NCBI RefSeq assembly: GCF_042688385.1
Contig: NZ_JBHUPY010000007.1
Location: 258,110-322,109, forward strand
Origin: Herpetosiphon sp. NSE202
GTDB lineage: Bacteria > Chloroflexota > Chloroflexia > Chloroflexales > Herpetosiphonaceae
Direction: 5' to 3'
Length of the DNA stretch: 64,000 nt
The position numbers were made by a program, and so were the translations under genes. Positions 20,129 through 29,575 of the stretch are shown here, piece after piece. How positions within the stretch are numbered: the first letter of the stretch is position 1; each line of letters opens with the position of its first letter. The notes below the pieces were generated by a model. It was not told the origin of the DNA. It did no database searches and saw nothing but the letters and a program-made list of their open reading frames with translations.

Positions 20129-20704
20129 ATGAAGCGTGTTGATCCAACTCAAGCAGCGTTAGCACCGGAAGCTGCCGAAGCTCTGCTGCGCAGCTTGCAA
20201 GCTCGCTTTGAGCAATTTATGCAGCGCCATCCAACGCTGGAATGGGCCAAAATTGAAGCAAAACTCGTGGCCCAGCCGGCCAAACTGTGGTCGCTCAACG
20301 AAATGGAGCGCACTGGTGGCGAGCCAGATGTGGTTGGCTACGATCCAGCAAGCGATCAATATCTGTTTTATGATTGTTCGATTGAAACTCCCAAAGGCCG
20401 CCGCAGCATCTGTTACGATCGTGCTGCGCTGAATGCCCGCAAAGAGCATAAACCAGCAACCAGTGCGCAGGATATGGCAGCGGAAATGGGGATTGAATTG
20501 CTGAGCGAAGCAGATTATTGGGCTTTGCAACAGCTTGGAGCATTCGATACTAAAACCTCAAGCTGGATTCAAACTCCGCCCGCGATTCGCGATCATGGCG
20601 GCGCGCTCTTCGGTGATTATCGCTATAAACATGTTTTTATCTATCATAGTGGTGCCGATTCGTATTATGCTGTACGCGGCTTTCGGGGCTTGATCCGCGT
20701 CTAA
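20129..20704 (+). CDS. Hypothetical protein (DUF4256-like, tentative)
   Basis: 191-aa ORF with good coding bias. The family assignment is from memory only. Confidence 0.5.
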   Translation: MKRVDPTQAALAPEAAEALLRSLQARFEQFMQRHPTLEWAKIEAKLVAQPAKLWSLNEMERTGGEPDVVGYDPASDQYLFYDCSIETPKGRRSICYDRAALNARKEHKPATSAQDMAAEMGIELLSEADYWALQQLGAFDTKTSSWIQTPPAIRDHGGALFGDYRYKHVFIYHSGADSYYAVRGFRGLIRV

Positions 20705-20762
20705 AGTGGATTTAGCGCTCGCGTCGCGGCACTCTATGCTACGCCAATAGAAAGGTCGATCA

Positions 20763-21878
20763 ATGGTTGGACGTGAACTTTATCGGTTGTTGCAATGCCC
20801 TACCTGTAACTCACGGGATTTGGCGGTGTATGCTGAGCACGTGCTCTGCGCTGGCTGCCGCAACGAATATCCCATTCACAAGGGCTACATTGATTTAATG
20901 CCGCGCCAAACTGAATTTGATTATATTTCGAAATATGTTTCCGAAGAAGAAAGCATGGGCGAGGAGCTTGATTATCGTGAGATGGCTCCCCCGTTGCTGG
21001 CAGCAGGCGTGCGCCATCGCCAAATTCGGCGCATGTTGGCGCTCAAGCCAACCGATATTGTGTTTGATAATGCCTGTGGTAATGGGCGCTTTGGCTTGTG
21101 GAACGCCGATGCAGTTGGCTTGATTGTTGGCAGCGACCCAGCGGTGCTCTTCGCCGACCAAGCCTTGGCCGAGATGGAATTGGCGCAAGCTGATTCGCGG
21201 CGCTTGCCATTTGTCGATGGTGCGTTCGATAAATCGCTCTCGGTCGATGTGCTCGAACACTTCCCACGCGATGTAATTCACGATTATTTGGTCGAAACTG
21301 CACGCGTGTTGCGGGTTGGCGGGCGGGTGGCAATCTTCTCGAATACCCGCGAAATGTCACCAATTCAGCCGATCATCAATATTTCCAAACGCTTGGGCAA
21401 ATTCTTCGTCAAGCAAGGCGTTTACGATTTCGAGCGCGAAGCACGGCGTAAATCCGACCACATCAAAGACCTTAAAACCTGGGATGATGTTGAAGCAGCC
21501 TTGGTTGAAGCAGGTTTGAAGCCGGTTAAAGTTGTATTTTGGAATAGCGTTTTCACCTCGTTTGTTGAGCATGTGCTGATGAAACTGGGCGAATCGTTGA
21601 TTGCCAAGCGCAAAGCTGCCAAATCAGCCAGTGCTCCGGTGCTAACCGACGAGGCCGTTAATGCCTCGGCTGGCGCACAACGCGAAATCGTGGCCCGGCG
21701 CGCGATGCGTCGCCACCTGACCAAAAGCTCGCCAATTTACTGGGCGCTATATCTGGTCACACTGCTGATGGAGCTTGATTTGTGGTTGTTTGGCTGGATG
21801 CGCACCGGCCCCTATTTTGTGTTGGCCGAGAAGGTCGAAGGCCGCTATGTGCCAGCGCCCTTGCCAACCGAAGAATAA
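20763..21878 (+). CDS. Class I SAM-dependent methyltransferase with an N-terminal Trm112-like zinc ribbon and a C-terminal TM helix
   Basis: CPTCNSRDL..CAGCRNEYPIHKGYIDLMP is the zinc ribbon. ..FDNACGNGRFGL.. is the SAM motif I. A hydrophobic C-terminus reads ..IYWALYLVTLLMELDLWLFGW.. Confidence 0.7.
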   Translation: MVGRELYRLLQCPTCNSRDLAVYAEHVLCAGCRNEYPIHKGYIDLMPRQTEFDYISKYVSEEESMGEELDYREMAPPLLAAGVRHRQIRRMLALKPTDIVFDNACGNGRFGLWNADAVGLIVGSDPAVLFADQALAEMELAQADSRRLPFVDGAFDKSLSVDVLEHFPRDVIHDYLVETARVLRVGGRVAIFSNTREMSPIQPIINISKRLGKFFVKQGVYDFEREARRKSDHIKDLKTWDDVEAALVEAGLKPVKVVFWNSVFTSFVEHVLMKLGESLIAKRKAAKSASAPVLTDEAVNASAGAQREIVARRAMRRHLTKSSPIYWALYLVTLLMELDLWLFGWMRTGPYFVLAEKVEGRYVPAPLPTEE

Positions 21879-21883
21879 AAAAT

Positions 21884-21919
21884 CAGCCCTGTTGCTCAAG
21901 CGAGCAGCAGGGCTTTTTT
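21884..21919 (+). terminator. Rho-independent terminator of the methyltransferase gene
   Basis: cagccctgttgctc aagc gagcagcagggct followed by tttttt. Confidence 0.7.
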
Positions 21920-21925
21920 GATGAC

Positions 21926-22064
21926 ATTCCCTCACCCCAACCCCTCTCCCGTGGCACAGGCGAGGGGCTTTAAGTCCTTGGTTCTTGCCCAATTCGTCCA
22001 TGAACACTGGCGGCTCCCCCTCGCCCGCGTCGAGTGGGAGAGGAGGTTGGGGGGTGAGGGAATT
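21926..22064. mobile_element. MITE-like palindromic element (about 139 bp; terminal inverted repeats attccctcaccccaacccctctccc .. gggagaggaggttggggggtgagggaat)
   Basis: A perfect or near-perfect long inverted repeat. Each arm contains its own hairpin (cccctc..gagggg). Further copies occur at 43741-43846 and 59726-59856, with partial copies at 15240-15285 and 29829-29954. Confidence 0.6.
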
Positions 22065-22069
22065 GCTCC

Positions 22070-23101
22070 TTAACATTCTTCATCACAACATTCGTCGTTT
22101 TCGTGGCGCACGATCATGCTAATTGGAAGGATTGTGTTTTCGCTGCTTGGCGTTTTGCCTTCGATCATTTCGATCAACACATTGGCTGCGGTTGTGCCAA
22201 GGTCGTACATTGGCTGATGCAGCGAGGTCATGCTGGGGTTGAGGCTGGCAGCAGTTGGTACATCATCAAAACACACCACGGTTATATCATCGGGAATGCG
22301 CAGCCCAGCATCGTGCAAGGTTCGCAGCACGCCAGTTGCCATCACCGCGCTACTCACAAATAGCGCAGTTGGCCGTGGTTGCAAGGCCAAAAGTTGCTGA
22401 ATTGCGCTTTGGCCACCTTGTTCGCTCTCAGCTCCAGTCACAATCAAGGCTGGGTGAATTGGCAAGCCTGCCTCACGATAGGCTTGTTGATAGCCCTCAA
22501 TTTGATCATGGCTGGCTGGGGCATGCAACGAGCCAATAATCATGCCAACCGATTGATGGCCAAGCATCAGCAGATGCCGCACCGCTTGATAGCTACCAGC
22601 AAAATGGTCAATATCGACGCTCACGATATGGTGCAAAAGCGGGTGTTTGCCGACCAACACCATTGGCACGCGATCAGCAATCAGTTGCGGTAACAAGGGA
22701 TCATTGATCGTATTCGGAATCACGATCCGGCCATCGACGCTGCGACCATGCAACAATTTGGTCGCCGGATCATCAGCCCGATTAGCGCTATCGAGCGAAA
22801 CCATCAATACGTAGCCCTTGGCATTACAGGCTTCGGTCATACCTTGCAGCAAATTCGAGAAGGTCGGATTGCGAAAGATCGTCGCGGTGGTTTCGGAGAT
22901 AAACACCGCAATAACTTTGGGTCGTTGCCCAGCCAAGGTGCGGGCCGCTGCCTGCGGCGTATAATGATGCTCTTGCATCACCGCCAAGACCCGTTCGCGC
23001 ACTTCCGCTCGCACATGCGGCTGATTGTTCAGCACCCGCGAAACAGTCGCAATCGAAACTTGGGCAATTTCGGCAATTTGTTCAATCGTAATCGATGGCA
23101 T
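22070..23101 (-). CDS. LacI family transcriptional regulator
   Basis: MPSITIEQIAEIAQVSIATVSRVLNN.. is the LacI HTH, followed by a periplasmic-binding-protein-like sugar-binding domain. The ATG is at 23101 after GAAGG. The ORF track extends to 23245. Confidence 0.85.
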   Translation of the reverse strand: MPSITIEQIAEIAQVSIATVSRVLNNQPHVRAEVRERVLAVMQEHHYTPQAAARTLAGQRPKVIAVFISETTATIFRNPTFSNLLQGMTEACNAKGYVLMVSLDSANRADDPATKLLHGRSVDGRIVIPNTINDPLLPQLIADRVPMVLVGKHPLLHHIVSVDIDHFAGSYQAVRHLLMLGHQSVGMIIGSLHAPASHDQIEGYQQAYREAGLPIHPALIVTGAESEQGGQSAIQQLLALQPRPTALFVSSAVMATGVLRTLHDAGLRIPDDITVVCFDDVPTAASLNPSMTSLHQPMYDLGTTAANVLIEMIEGKTPSSENTILPISMIVRHENDECCDEEC

Positions 23102-23679
23102 AATCCGACCTTCTAAACAACTTCTATTGCTAGGCTGACAAGCGCACAAACTTACTGGCGCAATCCTTGCTGCGCTGCCCAACGAACAAACAGAGCTGTT
23201 GAGCGAATTCACAAACAGCGCTAGGCTTGCTAAAATTGCGATCAACAGCCGCTCAATGAGAGCGGTTCCGAGCTGCGGATAGCGTTGGCAGCATTATTTT
23301 TTGACAGGCGTAAAGCATATTTTGCCATAGCCGAGCCTAATATTGATCAGACTTTCGCCTGAAAAATGAATTATCACTTAAATAAAACACTCCCAGCGCA
23401 GCAGCCCTCATCGGGAGAATCAAGGCCAATCCGCTGGGAGTGCAAGGAGAGTATGCTTCGAACACGCGAGGCTCGCGAATCTCGGTTTTTGGAATGTGTT
23501 TGCCGCACATGCTCCAAAGACCATTATCAGACGAAACGCTGAAGCAACGCTTGTGTTTCTGAAACGTTACAGAAGTATAGCACAGCAATGCGGCACATGC
23601 AATAGACTTATTACAATGATTTGAATAACGCGGCACAACTGCTGCTATAGCCAAATCGGTAAAAATAGCTGGGGACTCT

Positions 23680-24696
23680 ATGAAGTATCGTGAATATCGC
23701 ATTCCTGCGCCAAACGTGCGCTCGTTATGCTGGAACAATAATAGTTTGATTGATTGGGTTGCTGGCGGAACGCGCTATCAGCTTGATGGCAAGATTAAGC
23801 GTTCGGCCACGGTCTATCCGTATCCTTTTGATGCGGCGGTGCAATCGGCCTCAGGCGAGGTGGTCGTCATCTATCAACGCTTGGGAACGAAGGGCTTGGT
23901 GCTTAAAAATGGCAAGATTGTGCGCGAAATTAACCGCAGTTATTACTACGCCGATAGCTATGAATACCCGATAGCCGTGTTGCAGCATGCCGATTTGAAT
24001 GATGTGCTACTACACTGTCCCGATAAACACAACCAACTTGATCTTGAGGATGTAGCAACCGGACGGCGTTTGACTGAAGGCTGGAAGCGCAAACCAGTCG
24101 ATATTTTCCATTCGCGCTTGAGCGTCAGCCCCAAAGGAACCTGGGCGGTAAGTGCTGGTTGGCAATGGCAGCCAGCCCATACCGTGGCAATCTACAAAGT
24201 CGATGAGCTATGGTCAGAGCCGCAAATTCTTGATACTGAAGGCTTTTGCCCGCCAATCAAAGTTGATATTAGCTCGGTCAGCTTTTTGGATGAACAAACC
24301 CTGCTGATCATCACCGATGAATTTGCCAACCTCAATGCAAATTTGGTTGATACGCTGGTGCAACGGCGCGGAGCACATAGCATTGGCTACTACGATTTGG
24401 AAAATCGCCAATTTCGAGCAACTGTTCAGGCACAAGAAATTGTGGGCACAGCCATGGCATTAAGCGAGCGCTACGTGGTCGGCTTCTTTGATCATCCCAA
24501 AGTATTCGATTGCACAACTGGCAAAGTAGTGCAGCGTTGGCCAGAGTTAGCCACAGGCCGCCAAACCCACAGCATGATTGGCAGGCTTGACCAAGCACTG
24601 CCGCCAACCGCCTTTGATTCAGCAAACCAGCGTTTTGCGGTCGCCGATGAAAAAGGCATTACCGTGATTGAATTGGATTTGCAGGATATTAATTAA
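23680..24696 (+). CDS. Hypothetical protein (possible beta-propeller fold)
   Basis: 338-aa ORF. No motif recognised. Confidence 0.45.
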   Translation: MKYREYRIPAPNVRSLCWNNNSLIDWVAGGTRYQLDGKIKRSATVYPYPFDAAVQSASGEVVVIYQRLGTKGLVLKNGKIVREINRSYYYADSYEYPIAVLQHADLNDVLLHCPDKHNQLDLEDVATGRRLTEGWKRKPVDIFHSRLSVSPKGTWAVSAGWQWQPAHTVAIYKVDELWSEPQILDTEGFCPPIKVDISSVSFLDEQTLLIITDEFANLNANLVDTLVQRRGAHSIGYYDLENRQFRATVQAQEIVGTAMALSERYVVGFFDHPKVFDCTTGKVVQRWPELATGRQTHSMIGRLDQALPPTAFDSANQRFAVADEKGITVIELDLQDIN

Positions 24697-25493
24697 TGCA
24701 TGATTTGCTTGAATATCAAACCCAGCGCGATCGTTTAATTGCTCAGTTAAGCACAACGCTCGCAGCCGATCAGCGCTTTGTGGCTGGTTGGCTGGTTGGC
24801 AGTTTTGGTCGCAATGCTGCTGATGCAGTCAGCGATCTTGATCTGATGGTGATAGTAGCCGAGGCGGCAAGCGCCCAATTATGAGCCAAACCAGCGATTA
24901 ATCGCGCCAGCACAACGCCCGAGCGGGCAGCGTTATTTACAACATTTGGCCCAATTGCCGCCTTGTACGAGGCCCATCAGAATGCACCAGCAGGCGGAAC
25001 CCAAAGCTTTGTCTGCTACCAAGGCATTGGCTTAATAGTTGATTGGACATTAGTTCCAGCTGACAAGGCGCAACGCCCAGTCGATGCGATGATCTTGTTT
25101 GAGCACGTGCCAATTGCCGTGGCAGCTGCCTCGCAGGCTGAGCCAAACCCAGCTGAATTAATCAAAGAACGGGTAGCATTTTTTTGGATGATGAGCACAG
25201 TCACGATTAAATATCTGATTCGCAAGGATCATGTGTTTGTGACGACATGGCTGGAGGAATTGCAACGGATTGTGCTTGAAGTCGAACGCTTAATCGAACA
25301 GCGACCATGGAGCTATCAGCATGGCTCGCGCAGCCAGTTTACGGCCACAACCCTCGCCCAAAAACAGGCAATTCAAAGCTTGATTGCGGCAATGCTGCAA
25401 TTAACCTCACCGCTTGCTGAGCTTAGGCCTGCGCCTTTACCAGAGCTTGAGCGTTTGTTAGCATTGGTTGATACAGAGGATCTTATGCTCTAG
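24696..25493 (+). pseudogene. Nucleotidyltransferase (ANT/Lnu-like NTase fold) interrupted by an in-frame TGA at 24882-24884
   Basis: The N-terminus reads ..WLVGSFGRNAADAVSDLDLMVIV.. (GS..D.D NTase motif). The reading frame is open in the same frame on both sides of the TGA (..AEAASAQL*AKPAINRASTT..MYEAHQ..). Confidence 0.55.
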
Positions 25494-25706
25494 GGCTTAA
25501 GATGTTCAATTCAATCTATCGCTACGACATTGTTTCGCCACCCTTCCGTCCCTCCGCCGGAGGGAAACGCCGGGGGTTTTCATCCCCCAGCGCCCCCTAA
25601 TATTTATTTTGTGGATTATTTGGGCAGAACATTAGCTTCAATCTTGGTTAAAAAATCCAAAAATCATCCTCATCATAAAGCTCCAATGGTACAATAGCCG
25701 CTGCTG

Positions 25707-26597
25707 ATGTGTAGATTGGGGCTGGCGATGCGGCGAAAAAAACCATTGGATTGGGCAACTCTTGGGCCAATTGCGGTACTTTTGGGCTTATTGCTGTTAA
25801 TTGTCAACCAGCTTAATCAACCAAAAACCCGTTATGCTCCGCTGGGTGCATATTTCAGCGATGCTGCTGCCAGCGTGCCTCAAAGCCAAGTTACACCCCT
25901 GCCACCAACCACCTTGCAAGCGATTGAACAAAGCAATGCTGCTGGCAGCTCCAACCAAATCGATTTGGTGCTCGAAACCGAGCTGTACCAAGACCAAAGC
26001 AACGAATTGGCGGGCGAGTTGCAAACAGCGCTCGATTATGTTCAAGAGCGCACCAATATTCGCCTCAATGAACGAGTGACCGTCGTAATTAGCCAGGATG
26101 CCCAATGTGGTTTTCATGGCGTAACCTATTCCGATGTGCGGGTGATTTACATTTATAGTTGTGCTGGGGTTGCGCGTAGCCGCGTGGTTAATATCGCGGC
26201 TCACGAATTTGTGCATCAATTGGAGCAAGATCGCTATGGCGCTGCCCATTTGAGCGCCGACTTGGCGCTTTCTGAAGGCTTTGCAACCTGGGGCGCAGGC
26301 CGCTATTGGCTTGGCAGTGCCAGCGATTTTAGCAGTTTTGCCCGCGACTATAAGTCCAATGGTCAAGCCTTGCCGCTTGCCACGCACTACGCCAGCGTTG
26401 GCATCGACGGCATGAATGTGCTCTACTATCAATGGGCGAGCTTTGTCGATTATTTGATTAACAGATATGGCCGCGAAGCCTTCGATCAATTGTACGTTTC
26501 TGGCGGCGAGCGCCAACCTGGTGCGGCCAACTATGCTGCAATCTACAATCGATCGTTTGGTTTGTTAGAGGCCGAATGGCAGCAAACACTCGATTAG
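25707..26597 (+). CDS. Membrane-anchored hypothetical protein with an HExxH zinc-metallopeptidase-like motif
   Basis: N-terminal TM helix (..LGPIAVLLGLLLLIVNQL..) and ..VNIAAHEFVHQLEQ.. Possible alternative start at 25728 (MRRKKPL). Confidence 0.5.
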   Translation: MCRLGLAMRRKKPLDWATLGPIAVLLGLLLLIVNQLNQPKTRYAPLGAYFSDAAASVPQSQVTPLPPTTLQAIEQSNAAGSSNQIDLVLETELYQDQSNELAGELQTALDYVQERTNIRLNERVTVVISQDAQCGFHGVTYSDVRVIYIYSCAGVARSRVVNIAAHEFVHQLEQDRYGAAHLSADLALSEGFATWGAGRYWLGSASDFSSFARDYKSNGQALPLATHYASVGIDGMNVLYYQWASFVDYLINRYGREAFDQLYVSGGERQPGAANYAAIYNRSFGLLEAEWQQTLD

Positions 26598-26639
26598 GCC
26601 GTGCTACAATGGCCCAAGCAATTGTTCTAAGGAGAGTCT

Positions 26640-27542
26640 ATGCAACCGCCGTTTGGTCCAAATTTGCTTGAATTAGGCCCGATTATTATTCGAATGTATG
26701 CGATTGCCATTTTGAGTGGTGCGATGATGGGTGGCTGGTTGGGTGCGCATCGCGCGCGCGCTCGTGGCTATAATCCCAATATCGTGTGGGATTGGTTGAT
26801 CGTTGGCTTGATTTTGGGCGTTGCCGGAGGCCGCATTTGGTATGTCGCCTCGTCGTGGCCGCAATATCGCGATGGCCCATTCATCGATATGATCAACACC
26901 ACCAAAGGCGGGCTGGCAATTCACGGAGCAATCGTTGGCGCAGTACTCACGGTGATTATCGCTTCGTGGCGCACCAAAACCAATGCCCTGACATGGATGG
27001 ATATCATGGCTCCATGTTTGAGTGTTGGCCAAGCAATTGGGCGCTGGGGCAATTTTTTCAACAACGAAGCCTATGGCGGCCCAGTCAATAATGGCCTGCC
27101 TTGGAACTTAAATATTCCTGCTCAATATCGCATTCGTGGCACCGAACAATACGATGCAGCAACCCGCTTCCACCCAACCTTCCTGTATGAATCATTCTGG
27201 AATTTGGGTGTGTTGTTTGCAATTGTGTTTATCGAGCGCCGCTTCCGGGGCCGCTTGCGCAACGGCGATTCATTGCTAATCTACGGCGTGCTCTATTCAA
27301 TTGGCCGCTTCTGGATCGAAGATCTGCGGGTTGATAAGCTGTGTACTGGCGGGGTTGGCGGCGCTGCGTGTGGCGATAGCCTTTCAACCGCCCGTTTAAC
27401 CAGCATTGTTTTAATTGTTGGTTGTAGCAGTTTGTTTGTGTTGCGCCGCGCCTTACAACGCCGCCCACCAGCCAGCAGCTACCAACAATGGGATAATCCT
27501 TGGCAACCAGAGCCAAGCGAACCAGCCAAAGCCGCCGCTTAA
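26640..27542 (+). CDS. lgt: Prolipoprotein diacylglyceryl transferase
   Basis: ..MYAIAILSGAMMG.., the Lgt signature ..GQAIGRWGNFFNNEAYGGP.., a multi-TM protein. Confidence 0.9.
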   Translation: MQPPFGPNLLELGPIIIRMYAIAILSGAMMGGWLGAHRARARGYNPNIVWDWLIVGLILGVAGGRIWYVASSWPQYRDGPFIDMINTTKGGLAIHGAIVGAVLTVIIASWRTKTNALTWMDIMAPCLSVGQAIGRWGNFFNNEAYGGPVNNGLPWNLNIPAQYRIRGTEQYDAATRFHPTFLYESFWNLGVLFAIVFIERRFRGRLRNGDSLLIYGVLYSIGRFWIEDLRVDKLCTGGVGGAACGDSLSTARLTSIVLIVGCSSLFVLRRALQRRPPASSYQQWDNPWQPEPSEPAKAAA

Positions 27543-27675
27543 TCACAAAAGAGCTTGGGGTTGCTGCCTCAAGCTCTTTTTCGCAACAATCAACCCCGAA
27601 ACCACGTACCTTTTGCAAGATTTTCTCCCAATTCTGGCCATTTTCTGCGATGTTCTTTTTGAGAAAGGGCTTATT

Positions 27676-29055
27676 ATGTTTGGCGTTTTGCGTGGGTGCT
27701 CGCCGCACCTCGATCAATCGACCCATGCTGCTTGGTGGAGCCATATTTGTGGCATGTGCCTCACATTGCGCGATCAGCACGGCCAAGTTGCCCGCATCAC
27801 CACCAATTACGATGCGGCCTTGCTTTCGGCCTTGTACGAAGCGCAACGCCCTGAACAAGGCGCACGCCGCACCAGTGTTTGTGCCTTGCGCAGCTTTCGG
27901 GCGCTCGATGTGGTAGCGGCTGATGATCATGGGTCGCGCTATGCAGCAGCGGTCAGTTTGCTGATGGCAGCAATTCGGCTGCGCGACAATGTGGCCGACC
28001 GCGATGGCTGGGCTGGTAAAGTGCCCTTCGTTGCCAATGGCGTGGCCAAGCGCTGGGATAAGCAGGCAGAACAAACCGCCCGCGAATTGGGCTTCGAGCC
28101 AGCCTTGTTGCGAGAACAAGCAATTGCCCAAGCAGCAGTCGAAGCCTTGCCCAAGGCCGATTTTTGCACCTACTCAGCGCCAACTGAAGCCGCTGTGGGC
28201 GCAGCCTTTCGGCATACCGCAATTTTGGCCAACCAGCCAAGCAACGCCGAGCCGCTAGAGCATATGGGTCGCATGTATGGCCGCATGATGTTGCTGCTCG
28301 ATAGCTATGGCGATTTTGCCGAAGATCAGGCGCGTGGCCATTTTAATGCCTTGAATGCAACACCCCAAGCTGAATTGCGCACCACGGCGCATAAAATCTT
28401 CAACGATGCCTTGGCAAGCTTGCGCCAACACTGGCAACGTTTGACCCTCTTGCAAGCGCATTTGGTCGAAGTGTTGTTGCTCAATATGTTGCCAGCAATT
28501 GGCTCAAAAGCTTTTGGAGCTTGCAAACGCCATAGTTTGGTCTGTGCAACCGCTTTGCCAGTGGCCGCCGCATTGTTGCCAGCCATGGCCAGCGATTATG
28601 ACGACGACCCTTCGCGTCGCGACCCCAACCGTGCCTACACTGGGCCAACACGGGCCCTCAAACCCCACGAAAACCCAGAGTACCAAGGCCAATATCCGCA
28701 ACAACCGCCCTACCAAGGCCAACAATATCCTTCGCAATATCCGCCGCCGTACAATCCCAACGATCCAGGGATGTTGCCACCAGGTACGTTGCCGCCAGCC
28801 AGCTCGCATCCCGCGCCGCAAGGCCATTATCAAGATAGCAAGCGCGATGTGGCCTTAGGTGCGGCCTTGTGTTGCTGCCAAAGCCGCCGCCATTCGCATC
28901 GCTCGCGCAGCCGCTGTTGTGATAGTGATTGCTGTGATTGTTGTCAATGTTCATGTATCTGTTGCGATGCAACTGATGCCTGCGAAGGCGGCTGTGGCTG
29001 TTGCGAATGTGGTAGTTGCTGCGAATGTGGCGATTGCTGTAGCTGCGATTGTTAA
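27676..29055 (+). CDS. Chimeric protein: conserved N-terminal Cys/His-motif domain (DUF5685-like, tentative), Pro/Gln/Tyr-rich linker and a metallothionein-like poly-Cys C-terminal tail
   Basis: N-terminus MFGVLRGCSPHLDQSTHAAWWSHICGMCLTLRDQHGQVARITTNYD.. The linker reads ..YQGQYPQQPPYQGQQYPSQYPPPYNPNDPGMLPPGTLPP.. The tail reads CCCQSRRHSHRSRSRCCDSDCCDCCQCSCICCDATDACEGGCGCCECGSCCECGDCCSCDC. The start is ATG 27676 after GAGAAAGGG; the ORF track starts at 27415 inside lgt. Confidence 0.7.
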   Translation: MFGVLRGCSPHLDQSTHAAWWSHICGMCLTLRDQHGQVARITTNYDAALLSALYEAQRPEQGARRTSVCALRSFRALDVVAADDHGSRYAAAVSLLMAAIRLRDNVADRDGWAGKVPFVANGVAKRWDKQAEQTARELGFEPALLREQAIAQAAVEALPKADFCTYSAPTEAAVGAAFRHTAILANQPSNAEPLEHMGRMYGRMMLLLDSYGDFAEDQARGHFNALNATPQAELRTTAHKIFNDALASLRQHWQRLTLLQAHLVEVLLLNMLPAIGSKAFGACKRHSLVCATALPVAAALLPAMASDYDDDPSRRDPNRAYTGPTRALKPHENPEYQGQYPQQPPYQGQQYPSQYPPPYNPNDPGMLPPGTLPPASSHPAPQGHYQDSKRDVALGAALCCCQSRRHSHRSRSRCCDSDCCDCCQCSCICCDATDACEGGCGCCECGSCCECGDCCSCDC

Positions 29056-29122
29056 ATTAAAAGCTGACCCCGCCATGCGTCTAGGCTGCATGGCGGGGTC
29101 GCTGTGTGTATCTGTAAGTTGT

Positions 29123-29575
29123 TTAGGCGCGAGCGGTAATTTGGCGGCCAGTCAAGCGTGGGCTGAGCAAGTTGTCGAGCGCCAATGAGCCTGAACCAAG
29201 CAAGACCAAGGCAAGGCTTGCCCCAATCAAAGCCAACACATATTCGTAGCCACCATTTTGTGATGAGAAGCCATTTTCCAAGTGCACGGTTACCAAGGCC
29301 ACAACCATGGCAATTGCTTCAGCCACTGCAACGTAGCGGGTAAAGAGGCCGAGAATCAACATAATCCCGCCAATAAGCTCAGTCGCAATCAACAAAATTG
29401 CCATGAAATAAGGGGCTGGAATGCCAAGGCTGCCAAGGAAACCAGAAGTTCCGTTAAGCCCACCTTCGCCAGTAAATTTATCCCAACCGTGCATAAAGAA
29501 AATAAAACCAACCACAATTCGCAAAATAGCGATCCCAAACCCTGGCTTATCGAGTAATTTATTGATACTTGCCAT
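29123..29575 (-). CDS. DoxX family membrane protein
   Basis: ..IAILRIVVGFIFFMHGWDKF.. and 4 TM segments typical of DoxX. Confidence 0.8.
   Translation of the reverse strand: MASINKLLDKPGFGIAILRIVVGFIFFMHGWDKFTGEGGLNGTSGFLGSLGIPAPYFMAILLIATELIGGIMLILGLFTRYVAVAEAIAMVVALVTVHLENGFSSQNGGYEYVLALIGASLALVLLGSGSLALDNLLSPRLTGRQITARA

Noticed and set aside
23337-23738. 133-aa ORF on the - strand
   Set aside because: Low-complexity and unlikely composition within a structured non-coding gap. It overlaps the start of the downstream + gene.
24963-25493. Treating the 176-aa ORF as an independent gene
   Set aside because: It is in the same frame as, and continuous with, the NTase N-terminal ORF apart from one TGA, so it is better explained as one interrupted gene.
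27229-28131. 300-aa ORF on the - strand
   Set aside because: It lies wholly antisense to lgt and the Cys-rich protein gene, both of which have clear homology or motifs.
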